Of a stretch of 24,450 nt of DNA, positions 24,131 to 24,450 are shown one piece after another. Location: positions 1 through 24,450 of IMG/VR virus record IMGVR_UViG_3300031519_000212. The stretch is one strand, 5' to 3'. Both the position numbers and the translations under genes were made by a program. Positions within the stretch are counted from its first letter, which is position 1; the number at the start of each line of letters is the position of its first letter. The stretch is from a virus (taxonomy: Duplodnaviria; Caudoviricetes). Below the pieces are notes generated by a model. That model was not told the DNA's origin. It did not search any database and was given only the letters and a program-made list of their open reading frames with translations.

Positions 24131-24240
24131 AAACAGACCCTTGGACACGAGCATATGCTACTCATAGCGAGTGGTATACAGAAGACGAAATAAACAATAT
24201 GAATCTCGGTGAATTAGCCGAATTAGAATCACAAACATGA
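24127..24240 (+). CDS. Small early protein (37 aa, MKTDPWTRAY...)
   Basis: ATGA overlaps at both ends. Confidence 0.65.
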   Translation: MKTDPWTRAYATHSEWYTEDEINNMNLGELAELESQT

Positions 24241-24450
24241 ATACGAAATTTACAAATACACGCCTTATAAAGCGCGGCTCGCAAGTACTATACCGAGGTG
24301 GATTCGGGCGTGACTCACAGACAATCGCATCAGTAACGGGAATCGAAATCACGGAGTTCCCTCGCGAGAAATACGGGGATGAGGTGGATGCAGTTACACT
24401 CGATGCGAACTATGTACTCACACTTAATAACGGGAAGTGGTGCTACTCAG
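24237..24450 (+). CDS. Early hypothetical protein (partial, MNTKFTNTRLIKRGSQVLYRGGFG...)
   Basis: Open to the window end from the ATGA overlap. Confidence 0.65.
   Translation, partial: MNTKFTNTRLIKRGSQVLYRGGFGRDSQTIASVTGIEITEFPREKYGDEVDAVTLDANYVLTLNNGKWCYS

Overview
This window is part of a tailed dsDNA phage genome (Caudoviricetes, podovirus/crAss-like head module). The host is very probably Bacteroidota (Flavobacteriia-like): promoters are TAnnTTTG, leaders are A/T-rich with no Shine-Dalgarno site, and one signal peptide follows the Q-rule. Bases 1-21500 are a minus-strand late/morphogenesis region. Read in the direction of transcription, it holds small basic putative core proteins, a lysozyme-like protein, an HNH-like protein, an M15 endolysin, a tandem GroES, a putative small terminase, tRNA-Arg(UCU), large terminase, portal, a collagen/fibre cluster, scaffold, major capsid protein and ring/adaptor proteins. 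A roughly 750 bp non-coding, palindrome-rich switch region (about 21500-22250) is followed by plus-strand early genes under full -33/-7 host-type promoters. The most notable observations are: a fibre domain apparently split across consecutive genes (C-terminal G-x-[MI]-Y..D..[LI]-Y-[FI] followed by N-terminal MAxWKK[VI]LV, twice); a 57-nt tRNA-like element in the early transcript; a Cpn20-like double GroES; a shared M[KR]Ax[KR] / YxxGG N-terminal signal on small late proteins; -7-only late promoters, four of them giving apparently leaderless mRNAs; a histone-like first early protein with an SSB-tail mimic; and several micro-ORFs missed by the ORF track. All protein calls come from recognising motifs by eye. 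No database searches were run.
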